This document shows, piece after piece, positions 36,725 to 46,131 of a stretch of 64,000 nt of DNA. The notes under the pieces are model-generated. The model worked only from the letters and a program-made list of their open reading frames with translations, did not search any database and was not told where the DNA came from. The DNA lies in the NCBI GenBank assembly GCA_035469245.1, contig DATISA010000213.1, forward strand, positions 2,595 through 66,594. The letters are read 5' to 3'. This stretch comes from Gemmatimonadaceae bacterium. Its GTDB lineage: Bacteria > Gemmatimonadota > Gemmatimonadetes > Gemmatimonadales > Gemmatimonadaceae. The position numbers were made by a program, and so were the translations under genes. Position 1 is the stretch's first letter. Every line of letters starts with the position of its first letter.

Positions 36725-37219
36725 TCAACCGCGACCTTCGCCGGCGAACCACCGTACGATCCGCTCGAGCCCGTCCGCGTCGAGTTCGTCGAAAGCGGCC
36801 CTTCGCTCCGAATCAACGTCCAGCACCGCGACGAGCGAGCGTTTCGCATCGAACACAGGCACGACGATCTCCGATTTCGCTCGCGCATCGCACGTGATGT
36901 GTCCGGCAAAGCGATCCACGTCTGGAACAATGACCGTTCGCTGCTCTGCCGCCGCGGTGCCGCAAACGCCTCGCCCGAACTCGATTTCCAGACAACCGAG
37001 CGTGCCCTGATAGGGACCGACGAGGAGGCGGCCCGGAGTGACGACCCGGTAGAACCCGGTCCACAGATATCCGAACGAATGCTGCAGTAGGGAACTGAGC
37101 GTCGCCATGCCGGCAATGTCGTCGTCGATGCCGGCCAGCGTGTTCAACATGACTCCGTGCAGCTGCGCGTATGCGCGCTCCTTCGGCTGGTGGCGAAGGT
37201 CCAGCATGAGTTCAGCCAT
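36725..37219 (-). CDS. GAF domain protein (free methionine-(R)-sulfoxide reductase MsrC/YebR-like)
   Basis: WTGFYRVV...LLVGPYQGTLGCLEIEFGRGVCGTAAAEQRTVIVPDVDRFAGHITCDARAKSEIVVPV is the YebR-type GAF signature. The ATG overlaps the upstream stop (TGATG). Confidence 0.8.
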   Translation of the reverse strand: MAELMLDLRHQPKERAYAQLHGVMLNTLAGIDDDIAGMATLSSLLQHSFGYLWTGFYRVVTPGRLLVGPYQGTLGCLEIEFGRGVCGTAAAEQRTVIVPDVDRFAGHITCDARAKSEIVVPVFDAKRSLVAVLDVDSERRAAFDELDADGLERIVRWFAGEGRG

Positions 37220-37650
37220 CAGTATCTCGATACCATGCTCGCGAACTGTGCATCGACGATGAACAATGCCATCCCATGCACCGCGATTGCGATGCCGGCG
37301 CCGATCGCGGCCCGACTTCGAGCGAGCCTGCGCCCCGCGATGGCGAGCATCGTGCCGATTCCGACGATGCCGATGTCGAAACCTATCCGCATCCAGAGCA
37401 GACGTTCCACGCGAGTGGCGCTCGCGACGTCGCGCAAGCGGAGCCCGTGCCGTTCCAGCGCGACGGCGACGGCGATGACGAGGCCCCAGAGCACGAGTTG
37501 CTTCGCGAAATTCGCCAGCAAGGTTGAAGCACGGTGCCGCACAACGAGGAGGAGCGCCGTCGTCGTCCCCGCGAGCAGGGAAAGCCCGCTCCACAGCAGC
37601 AACAGCAGAACGTGCTGCTGCTCTGCGCGCAGAAAGCTGTCAGCCCACAC
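37219..37650 (-). CDS. Small integral membrane protein (about 4 TM helices), hypothetical
   Basis: Hydrophobic segments VLLLLLWSGLSLLAGTTTALLLVV, LVLWGLVIAVAVAL, IGFDIGIVGIGTMLAIAG, AGIAIAVHGMALFIV. Coupled to the GAF gene. Confidence 0.6.
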   Translation of the reverse strand: MWADSFLRAEQQHVLLLLLWSGLSLLAGTTTALLLVVRHRASTLLANFAKQLVLWGLVIAVAVALERHGLRLRDVASATRVERLLWMRIGFDIGIVGIGTMLAIAGRRLARSRAAIGAGIAIAVHGMALFIVDAQFASMVSRY

Positions 37651-37701
37651 GCGACGTGTGTCGGAATTTGGTGTGCAGCCCCAGCAGCCGACGATGGCCG
37701 C

Positions 37702-39427
37702 TCATCGGCGGCTCGTTAGCGCCCGCATCTCCGTCGTGTGAAGCGGCCGTGCCGCGCGTGCAATGCGCTCGGGCGTCGGCAGTGCTGGCGGTACCGCGTC
37801 CCACAACACCACGCCGAGTGGATTACCGCCCGCCGCGCGGATGCGGTCGAGGGCCGTCTGGAGGTCCTCGAGACGCGTATGACCGACTCGCGCGCATACG
37901 ATGGTATCCGGAATCGGCAGTGCTCCTGGCAGCCCGGCGGACACCTGGTCGATGTCCGCGACGATCACGATAGCCTCGTAGTGCCGCGCGAGCCGGCTCG
38001 CTTCCTGGCGGAATAGTGCCGTCACCACGGTCGCGTCGAGCTGCGTCGCCGAGACGCCGCTCGGAATGATGTCGATGACTCGGTCGCGACCGACCATCGT
38101 CTGCGTCGTCACTTCCGACCAGTCGATGTGATCACGAATGATGTCGGCGATACCGGGCTCGGCGTGCGTCCGAAATGCCGCGGCGACCGGCAGCGCTCGT
38201 GCATCGGTGTCGATGATGATCGTGCTCCTCGCTTCGTCGGCGGCGATCGCCGCGACGTTCATGCCCACGACAGCCCCGATGGCCGTGTCCGCGGCAGCAA
38301 TCGTGAGCACGAGCCGGCTCGCTCCCGTCCTCGAAACGTGCAGATACGTGAGCTGATACCCCGCAGCTCGTGGATCGAAGTACGGGGGCGCCATCCGATC
38401 GGACAATCGGCGATCGCGATCGGGATCCCTCGGCCGCGGCCGAATCGTCGCCAGTACACGCGTTCCCGTCACACGCTCCAGCTCGTGCTCATCGCTTACG
38501 CGAGGGTGACGCAGCTCATCGAAGAACGCCGATCCGAATCCGAGCGCGATGCCGATGACCAGGGCTGCCGCGAGAAGCGCCACCGGTGGAGCACTTCGAG
38601 TCGCCGCCTCACGCTGCCGCGCCAGCTCTCGGTCGAACTCGCTGGATTTGGAGCGGGCGTCCGAAAGCGCAGCCGTCGCTTGCCGCACCAGAGATCGCGC
38701 CGAATCGCGTTCGGCAACCCAGCTCGCGGTGTCGAGCGTTGGCGTGGGTGTGACGACCACGCGTTGCGTCGGCATGTTGAGCTTCGCGATCTGCTGGCGA
38801 ATCGAATCCCGGCGCATTTGGCCGATGGCCTGAATCGTTCGGCCGATCTCCGTGGCCCGCGAAGTCAGGGCGACATACACCGGATCGGCCGCCGCCGTCG
38901 TGCCGAGTGCGTCACGATCGCGCTCGATTTCACTCAGCGAGTCCAACAGCGTCTTGACGCGTGGGAGCGGCGAGAGTTGAGGCGACTCCGCCAGCGCGCG
39001 GTACGATGCGCTGACCGGCGCGGTCTCCACTCGCGCCAGTAGCGCGTCAAGGTCGCCCACCGCGGCCGATAAGCTGTCCCGCTGGGCGACGGCAATCGGA
39101 TTCGGCGTGTCTTCGACGGCCGGAGCAGCGACTGGCTGCAGTCGCGCCGCCGCGAGTGACGACTCGGCGGCCGAGAGCCTACCTCGCGCATGGGTCAGCG
39201 CGGCAACGAACGCCGCAGTGTCGGGTCTTGGCGCTATCAGCGGTGCGGCGGGTCCCGCCTGTCGAACTTGTTGCGGCGCGAGAATCAACGCGACCAAGGC
39301 TGCAATGAAGGCACCGAGGCCGACGGCGGCAATCACGACCGGACGCTGGGCCGCGTTCCGCGCGCGCGCGGTCAACCACGCCGGGCGCGAGATCCCGCGG
39401 GGAAGGTCACCGGTCAAAGCCGCCATG
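37702..39427 (-). CDS. Polysaccharide co-polymerase/BY-kinase-like protein with a degenerate ATPase domain
   Basis: Two TM helices flank a coiled periplasmic region (Wzz-like). The C-terminal domain aligns to CpsD/Wzc: LVLTIAAADTAIGAVVGMNVAAIAA (Walker A GK[ST] lost), IIIDTDARA (Walker A' kept), AIVIVADID. Start chosen at MAALTGDL (39427). Confidence 0.6.
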
Positions 39428-39482
39428 CGCTCAAGTTTGGCACGCCTCAGGCCAATAGAACAGCGCCGCCGCGCACGCTGCG

Positions 39483-39511
39483 AACAAAAAGCGGAGCCAC
39501 GAAGGCTCCGC
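39483..39511 (-). terminator. Rho-independent terminator of the cupredoxin gene
   Basis: GCGGAGCC (39491-39498) / GGCTCCGC (39504-39511). On the minus strand it is followed by TTTTTGTT. Confidence 0.7.
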
Positions 39512-39537
39512 TCCAAATTCAAATCGCCGTGCCAGCC

Positions 39538-40041
39538 CTACTGCACCGTGACACTGCCCTTCATACCCATCGCGAGGTGAGGCGTGCAATGGAAGTCGTA
39601 CTTTCCGGGCTTCACACCGCCAAACGAGATGACGTACTCCTCATTCGGGTTCATGAGCATGGGGCTCGAGAGCTCGGAGAGCTTGTTGTCCATATTGGCG
39701 TCGAGTTGCGCCTTGGAGTCCGGCGGCACGGCGGCCGGGTCGAACGACACGTTGTGTGGTCCACCGCTGACCATGACGAACTTCACGGCGTCGCCGGACT
39801 TGATCGTGATGTCCGCCGGCTCGAACCGATAACCTTTGTCGTCGCTGATCAGCTTGATTTCGTGCGTCGCGCCGGAGGCTGGGACCTTCGCGACGGCACC
39901 TGCCGCAGGGGCCGGAGCTGCCGCGGCCGGCGTCGCCGCCACTGCGGGCGCCGCGCTCGTGGTGTCCGGTGCTTTATTGTCGCCGCCGCCACAGGCTGCG
40001 ACGGTAGCGCTCGCCAAGAGCGCCAATCCGAGGAACCGCAT
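39538..40041 (-). CDS. Blue (type 1) copper protein, plastocyanin/pseudoazurin-like lipoprotein
   Basis: Signal/lipobox LLASATVAAC. Copper ligands GPHNV ... YDFHCTPHLAMGM (H, C, H, M). GGAGG SD. Start at MRFLGLA (40041). Confidence 0.85.
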   Translation of the reverse strand: MRFLGLALLASATVAACGGGDNKAPDTTSAAPAVAATPAAAAPAPAAGAVAKVPASGATHEIKLISDDKGYRFEPADITIKSGDAVKFVMVSGGPHNVSFDPAAVPPDSKAQLDANMDNKLSELSSPMLMNPNEEYVISFGGVKPGKYDFHCTPHLAMGMKGSVTVQ

Positions 40042-40101
40042 TGCTTGGAGCCTCCAGTAGTTCCGAGCTAGTTGGGTTGCCTTGCTTACTTGCAGGGAGA
40101 A

Positions 40102-40117
40102 TGTGAAACTATTCACA
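40102..40117. promoter_or_regulatory. Perfect CRP-type palindrome TGTGA-N6-TCACA upstream of the cupredoxin gene
   Basis: TGTGAAACTATTCACA. Its centre is 68.5 nt upstream of the ATG at 40041. It is the only such site I found scanning all TGTGA occurrences in the window. Confidence 0.5.
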
Positions 40118-40226
40118 AAGTCGACCGGATGCAACGATCTACAACGAGCTCTGCAGTAATGACCCCGCCGTCGGTCACGGTGGCTGTGTACACGGCGACA
40201 CCAGCGCCGGACAGGAAGTTTCCGAT

Positions 40227-41540
40227 TCAGAACTGGTCGATCAGAGCTCTCGACAAGGCGCCGGATTTGCCGAGATAGGCAAATCTGAAATCGCGCATGT
40301 ACAGTCGTGCGACCCGCTGGATGTCCTCCGGCCGCACGCGGCGCAAATCATCAACGAATCGATTCGCTGCACGGTAGTCGCCGAGATAGATCTGCGCCCG
40401 GGCGAGGAAGGTCGCTTGGTCGCCATTGGTCTCGTTCTTCAGGAAATAGTCGGTGATGAACTGCTGCACCAACCGTTCGAGCCCGCGCGGATCGATCAGT
40501 TCGCCTTTGAGGCGATCGACCTCGATGCGCATCAACTGGAGCGTTTGGTTGGGATCGACGGTCGTGACGTACACACCGCCCGTCGCAATCGCTCGATCGA
40601 GAAATGGCGCGTCGACTTCATACGAGAGATTTCGACGCGATCGGATTTCCGTGAAGAACCGTCCGGACAGGATTGCCGTGGCAAGCCGAAGTGCCGGATA
40701 ATCGGGGTCCCGAGCCGACGGGCCGGCATAGAGCCCCAGCAGATAGTTCGTTGGCAACTGGGCGTCCCGGACCACTAGCCCCCGCCCCAGCTTTGGCGGT
40801 TGCCGTGGCGGTGACCAGCTGTAGTTGCCGTGCGGCAACTGACCCAACGTTCCCCGCACCAATTGCTCGAGATTCGCGCGGTCGACATTCCCGACCACGA
40901 CGAGCAGCATGCGCGAGGTCACCATTTGAGTTGCCTGGTAGCTTCGCAGCTGCCCCAAGGTGATCGATTGAAGCGTGGCTTCGTTCCCCTCAGGCGAGAA
41001 TCCGTAGGGATGACCGATGAACGTCAGGCTGTCCGCGAGCTGATTCACGACGGGGTCCGGACTGTTCGCGGCGGCGCGCGCCGCCGTTAGCATCCGAGCG
41101 CGCACGAGTTCCACCTGGGTCGAATCGAGAGTCGGCGCAACGAGCCGGTCGGCGAATACCGCCCAGGTGGAATCGAACGTGGATCGGATCCCCGTAAAGC
41201 CGAACACCGTCCAGTCTTCAGCCGGCGACATCGTCACAACGCTTCCGAGCCGCGCCATGGCTTGGCGTCCGAGGTCGCCGGGGAAGCGCTTGGTCCCGAA
41301 CTCCGTCGCCCGCAGCAGCATCAGCTCGATTCCCTGCGTCGCCGGCGAGAGCTGCTGAGCGCCGCCAAGCAGATACACATTGGCAGCGACGACGTCATTC
41401 GACGTGTTACGTCGCAGAATCACTGTGAGCCCATTGACGTCGAAGGCGCTGGTCGCCGTGTCGCTCTGCGCCAGTGCGGGCGCGCCGAGCGCCGCCGAGA
41501 GGACGAGGACTGCTTTGAGAGACGCGCGGAGAGGCATCAC
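40227..41540 (-). CDS. M16 family peptidase, non-catalytic (beta-like) subunit
   Basis: Pitrilysin-fold length and pairing with the upstream M16 gene (ATGA overlap). No HxxEH motif. Signal sequence MMPLRASLKAVLVLSAALGAPALA. Confidence 0.8.
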   Translation of the reverse strand: MMPLRASLKAVLVLSAALGAPALAQSDTATSAFDVNGLTVILRRNTSNDVVAANVYLLGGAQQLSPATQGIELMLLRATEFGTKRFPGDLGRQAMARLGSVVTMSPAEDWTVFGFTGIRSTFDSTWAVFADRLVAPTLDSTQVELVRARMLTAARAAANSPDPVVNQLADSLTFIGHPYGFSPEGNEATLQSITLGQLRSYQATQMVTSRMLLVVVGNVDRANLEQLVRGTLGQLPHGNYSWSPPRQPPKLGRGLVVRDAQLPTNYLLGLYAGPSARDPDYPALRLATAILSGRFFTEIRSRRNLSYEVDAPFLDRAIATGGVYVTTVDPNQTLQLMRIEVDRLKGELIDPRGLERLVQQFITDYFLKNETNGDQATFLARAQIYLGDYRAANRFVDDLRRVRPEDIQRVARLYMRDFRFAYLGKSGALSRALIDQF

Positions 41541-42964
41541 GGCTGCACTCCCGTGTCACGCAAATTCGCGGGCGTAAGCTTCAGCATGGCCCGTGCTTCC
41601 GGCGACAGCAGCACACCAATGACGTGCGGGTGTCCGACGATGTACTTGCTCGCGTACGCCCGGAGATTCTCGGGCGTCTGGCGAGCCATGGTATCCACGT
41701 AACCATAGAAGTAGTCGAGACCTGTCACCGCCCACCAGAACCCGAGTTGGTGTGCGAATCCGGATGCCCGCTCGAGACTGAGCTCCGTGCCGACAATGCG
41801 ATGCTGCTTCACGGCGTTTAGTTCGGCGCTCGTGAAGTACGTCGGATCGGCGAGCTTGCGAATCTCGTCGCGGAGCGCGGCGATTGCTTCACGCAAATGC
41901 TGCGGCGAGGTCTCGCCTTCGATCGTGATCGGCCCAACCTGGTTGAGCGTGTAGTAGTTCACCGTGACAGACTCGAACAGGCCGCCGTCGACGAGTCGTC
42001 GCTGAAACCGGGAGCCGGGCTGGTTCAACACGTCCGAGAACACATCGGCTGCGTACGTGGCAGCCGGGTCGCCGCGCGCGCTCGGTCCCTGCCACTGCAG
42101 CATCAGGATCACGCTCCCGATCGGCTGCTCGGCAATGACGGCGGTATCGTGCGCGAGCGGTGGGATCCGCGGAATCGAGTCGACGGCAAACGGATCCGCA
42201 GCGCGCTGCCAGCCTCCGAAGATCGTGCGCGCCAAGGCGAACGCACGCTCAGGCGCGATGTCGCCGGTGACGATGATTGCCGTGTTGTTGGGGACGTAGT
42301 AGCGGTGCTGGATCGTCCGCATCTTGTCGGGCGTCGTCGACTCGATCACCGCGCGCTCGCCGAGCGGATTCTTACGGCTCCACGCGCTCGTCCACAGCGC
42401 CTTTCCCATGGCCTGCGAGAATCCGAATAGTGGGCTCGATTCGTTGCGGTCGTACTCCCCGATGACGACCTGCCGCTCGCGTTCGAGCTCTTCCTGAAGG
42501 AACAGTGGCGTCACGAGAGCCGCTTGCAGAAACCGCATTCCGCCTTCGATGCTGTCCGCCGGCAGCGTCAGATAGTAGTTGACGCGCTCTTCGCTCGTTG
42601 TGCCGTTGAACTCGGCTCCGAGCTCGGAAGCTCGAGCGACGAAGTCGTCCGGCTTTGGATACGCGGAGTTCGCCTTGAAGAACATGTGCTCGTACAGATG
42701 TGAAAGCCCGGAGTATTCCGGGCCCTGCGTGAACGAGCCGTTCTTCACGTCCGCTTCGATCGTCACCAGAGGGACGCCGTGATTGGGCACGACGATGACA
42801 TCCAATCCGTTCGGGAGCGTCGTCCGCTGGATGTGTCGCTCCAGTTCGGCTCGCTGCGCCGGCAACGATGACCAGAGTGGTCCGCAGAGTGATGCACTCA
42901 GCAGAGCCGTTATGAGCAGCGCGTGTGCGTGCCGACTCCGCCGTGGCGACAGGTGCCGATCCAT
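41537..42964 (-). CDS. M16 family zinc peptidase, catalytic subunit
   Basis: Inverted zinc motif HLYEHMFFK (HxxEH), a downstream E-rich region, and a signal sequence after MDRHLSPRRSRH. Confidence 0.88.
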   Translation of the reverse strand: MDRHLSPRRSRHAHALLITALLSASLCGPLWSSLPAQRAELERHIQRTTLPNGLDVIVVPNHGVPLVTIEADVKNGSFTQGPEYSGLSHLYEHMFFKANSAYPKPDDFVARASELGAEFNGTTSEERVNYYLTLPADSIEGGMRFLQAALVTPLFLQEELERERQVVIGEYDRNESSPLFGFSQAMGKALWTSAWSRKNPLGERAVIESTTPDKMRTIQHRYYVPNNTAIIVTGDIAPERAFALARTIFGGWQRAADPFAVDSIPRIPPLAHDTAVIAEQPIGSVILMLQWQGPSARGDPAATYAADVFSDVLNQPGSRFQRRLVDGGLFESVTVNYYTLNQVGPITIEGETSPQHLREAIAALRDEIRKLADPTYFTSAELNAVKQHRIVGTELSLERASGFAHQLGFWWAVTGLDYFYGYVDTMARQTPENLRAYASKYIVGHPHVIGVLLSPEARAMLKLTPANLRDTGVQP

Positions 42965-42983
42965 GGTTTCTTTCACGTCAATC

Positions 42984-43940
42984 ATGACCAGTGTCAATCC
43001 TTCGTCGCTTGACGAGTTATCCGCACGCCTCGATGCCTCGCACGTCCGACGCGACGAGCCGCTCGCGCCGTACACTACGTTCAGAATTGGCGGACCCGCG
43101 GACTTGTACTATGAGGCAACCTCCGCCGATGCATTGGCGAATGCGGTCCTCGCGGCTCGCGCGCTCGACGTACCCTACTTCGTCCTCGGGCTTGGTGCCA
43201 ACATCCTCGTTGGCGACCGCGGCTTTCGCGGCTTGGTGATCCGAAACACCGCGCGCCGACACGAGTTCCGCGAGCAGGGCGAGCGATGCGATCTCTGGAC
43301 CGAGAGCGGCGCAACGGTCAAGGAGCTCATTCAGGCAGCGGTCGCGCGCGGTTGGTCCGGCCTCGAGCACTACGTCGGCATTCCGAGCACGGTTGGCGGC
43401 GCCGTATGGCAGAACCTGCACTTTCTGTCGCCGGCGCCGGCGCGTGACCGCACGATGTTCATCGCCGAGGTGTTCGAGTCCTGCGAGATCCTGTCGCAGG
43501 AGAACGAGCGCAAGGTCGTTGGTGCTGACTACGTGCACTTTGGGTACGATGACTCCGTCTTCCACCACCGACGAGACATCGTGCTCTCCGCGACGTTTCG
43601 GTTGACGCGCAGCGACCCGGCCGTCCTGCACCGAATTCTCCAGGAAAACTTGAGCTGGCGCGGGGCGAAGCATCCGTGGCTCGATTGGCATCCGAGCGCG
43701 GGATCGATCTTCAAGAAGATGGACGGTGTTGGTGCGGGTCGGCTCGTCGATCAGTGCGGACTGAAAGGCTTTCGCCTGGGCGGCGCGCAGATCTCCCACA
43801 TTCACGCCAACATCATGGTCAACCTCGGTGGCGCGACCGCCAAAGACGTACGCGAATTGATCAACATCGCGCAAACGAAGGTCGAAAGGCAGTGTGGCGT
43901 GAGGCTCGAGCCGGAAATCGGCTTCATTGGAGAATTCTGA
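42984..43940 (+). CDS. murB: UDP-N-acetylenolpyruvoylglucosamine reductase
   Basis: PLAPYTTFRIGGPADLYYEA, VLGLGANILVGDRGFRGLVI, SAGSIFKK. Start chosen at MTSVNPSS (42984). Confidence 0.92.
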   Translation: MTSVNPSSLDELSARLDASHVRRDEPLAPYTTFRIGGPADLYYEATSADALANAVLAARALDVPYFVLGLGANILVGDRGFRGLVIRNTARRHEFREQGERCDLWTESGATVKELIQAAVARGWSGLEHYVGIPSTVGGAVWQNLHFLSPAPARDRTMFIAEVFESCEILSQENERKVVGADYVHFGYDDSVFHHRRDIVLSATFRLTRSDPAVLHRILQENLSWRGAKHPWLDWHPSAGSIFKKMDGVGAGRLVDQCGLKGFRLGGAQISHIHANIMVNLGGATAKDVRELINIAQTKVERQCGVRLEPEIGFIGEF

Positions 43941-43965
43941 ATCAGCCCCCGTGCCGACCGGCGCG

Positions 43966-46107
43966 TTAAAACCGAACTCCGAATCCCGCCACTACGCGCC
44001 ACGGCGCTGGATGATCGACCGGCCTCGCGACGCCGACATGGACGAGGTCCGCGAAAAAACTCAGGCCAATTCCGAAGGTCGATCTCACGTTTCCGGTAGG
44101 AACAGAAACGGGCACGCCATCTCGATCGACGCCAAGTTCACGAACTGCCTGCACGGCAGCCCGTGTCGACGCCCGGGTCCAACCGCCCTGAACGCTGGCC
44201 GCGATGCCGGGTGTGAGACCGGGGAGAAAGTAGTTCCGCCAAATGCGCACCGGCCGCTTCCAGATCGGAAAACGGTAGCTCGTGAACGCACGAAACAGAG
44301 CCGCCTGATCGCCGGCGAACGCTTTGTAATCGTAACCCGGGAGAAGGACTGTTCCGCCGAGCTCGAAGAGCTGTTGCGGCGGCAGCGTCTTCCCGAGCGC
44401 GACTCCGCCGTCCACATGCGCGCCGACGGACAGCGGCCCCCAATAGTGCCGACCCGAGAGACCGACCTCGATCCGCTCCCAGTCAAGGTCGCCACGGGCG
44501 GCCTCGTAGTGCGCGCGAGCACCAATGCCCGGTGACACGTAGTCTCCAGTCACGTTTGGGTGGAATTCGAAGTCCAGGGTGCCGAGCGTGTACCGCCCTT
44601 CGAGAATCCCGCGGTTGGGACGAAACCGTTTACCCGCGGCAACGAGTCCGTGCTCGATGTGCGCGATTGCCGCGCGGTCGTCGCCCACTCCGAGCTGGGC
44701 CGTTACGCGGCCCGCGTTGGGGGAGCCCAGGGCGCGGCTGATCGATGCCACCCCCGTCCTCCGATCGACGTAGTCGTAGTCGTCGACCGATGTCAGCAAT
44801 GCGCTGAAGCCCGGGTCGTCATCGATCGGCAGCGTGAAGTCGTTCGTCGATGCCAACGCACGCTCTGCCCGAAGACTCGTCGTGACCAACGCGCGGGTGT
44901 ACGAGGCGAATGCGCCGCCACGCGCACTCTTCTCGGAGAATGCCCACCCGCCAAACACCCCGCTGGACAATCCGGGTTGTGCAGATCGAAAATCGATCGT
45001 GGGCGCCAATCCGAGGTAGAGTCCCTCGATGCGATTGAATCGGAAAATTCTGCGGAGGCTGTTGGGGAACATGTTCACGCGCGGAGGCCCGGTGCTCCGC
45101 CATGGCGGCGGGGCCATGTCCGCAAAATCGTCGCTGTGCACGGCGCCGCTTTGCGTCCCGACCTCCTGCCGCCAATCGCCGAACCGGCTCACGCTGTCGC
45201 TCGGCGCCCAGGTGACGATCACGCGGAGAGGGTGGCTCGTGTCGGGACTGGCGATCGTGCTGTCGGTCACGACGGCGATGTCGCTGATCGTCGAAATGAT
45301 CCGGAATACCGCCCGCGTCTGGCCGAGCAACGGCACACTCGCCTGAAATTCCGTTCGCTGTCTGGTCGGGAGCCAGTACTTCCCAGCAATCTCCGAATTC
45401 ACGAACTCGACGTAGGCCGCGGATACGACCCCGGTCCATCGCAGGAAGCGGCTTCCCGAGCGCGCGTGGACACCCACGACCACGAGTTGGCCGCGCATGC
45501 GAACGATCTGATGCCGCACGGCGTCTATTTCGATCTCGCCGTCGAAGGCACCGAGCGGCGTACGGCTGGTGAACTCGGGCCGCACGCGAATTCGGGCGAT
45601 TGGAATGCGGCGGTCGCCAATGCGCAGCACGGCGACCGTATCGCCGCCGGAATAGCGATAGAACGCCTCGCGATCGGCCGCGAACGGATGCACCGCAGTC
45701 AGTGTGTCGCGCCGATTCGGGCCCGCGATGTACGCTCCGAACAACAATCGTTCGCCGAACAAGGTTGGGACGGTCCAGCCGCGTACGATGCTCAGCGTCG
45801 AATATGGAACGCCCACGTTCTGCGCTCGATACCCGACAATGTGTAGGTCATAACGTTCGGAGCGCGTCCAGTGCGCGTCGCTTGCGAGTTGCTCCACTTC
45901 CGCGGCATGCTCCCGGCCGAGCGTGTCGCGGAGAATGAGCGCCAGCTCGGTCTCGACGTGGCTCGTGTATTCCTGGAGCTCTCGGGGAGGCCGGCGATTC
46001 GCTTCAGCCGCCGCAGCGACCATGTCGCGGAGCGCGGCCGACGAATACACCGAGTCTGGCCGCTGCGCTGCGGCCGCGAGTTGCGCGCAAATCAGAAAGC
46101 CCAACAT
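43966..46107 (-). CDS. Large outer-membrane protein with an Omp85/surface-antigen-like C-terminal beta-barrel
   Basis: C-terminal region LFELGGTVLLPGYDYKAFAGDQAAL...FGIGLSFFADLVHVGVARPV...VVAGFGVRF (terminal Phe). The N-terminal ~400 aa has no named domain. A TAG stop lies 27 nt upstream in frame, so ATG 46107 is the only start. Confidence 0.65.
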   Translation of the reverse strand: MLGFLICAQLAAAAQRPDSVYSSAALRDMVAAAAEANRRPPRELQEYTSHVETELALILRDTLGREHAAEVEQLASDAHWTRSERYDLHIVGYRAQNVGVPYSTLSIVRGWTVPTLFGERLLFGAYIAGPNRRDTLTAVHPFAADREAFYRYSGGDTVAVLRIGDRRIPIARIRVRPEFTSRTPLGAFDGEIEIDAVRHQIVRMRGQLVVVGVHARSGSRFLRWTGVVSAAYVEFVNSEIAGKYWLPTRQRTEFQASVPLLGQTRAVFRIISTISDIAVVTDSTIASPDTSHPLRVIVTWAPSDSVSRFGDWRQEVGTQSGAVHSDDFADMAPPPWRSTGPPRVNMFPNSLRRIFRFNRIEGLYLGLAPTIDFRSAQPGLSSGVFGGWAFSEKSARGGAFASYTRALVTTSLRAERALASTNDFTLPIDDDPGFSALLTSVDDYDYVDRRTGVASISRALGSPNAGRVTAQLGVGDDRAAIAHIEHGLVAAGKRFRPNRGILEGRYTLGTLDFEFHPNVTGDYVSPGIGARAHYEAARGDLDWERIEVGLSGRHYWGPLSVGAHVDGGVALGKTLPPQQLFELGGTVLLPGYDYKAFAGDQAALFRAFTSYRFPIWKRPVRIWRNYFLPGLTPGIAASVQGGWTRASTRAAVQAVRELGVDRDGVPVSVPTGNVRSTFGIGLSFFADLVHVGVARPVDHPAPWRVVAGFGVRF

Positions 46108-46131
46108 GCCGCGGCCGATGGCTTCGCCGGG

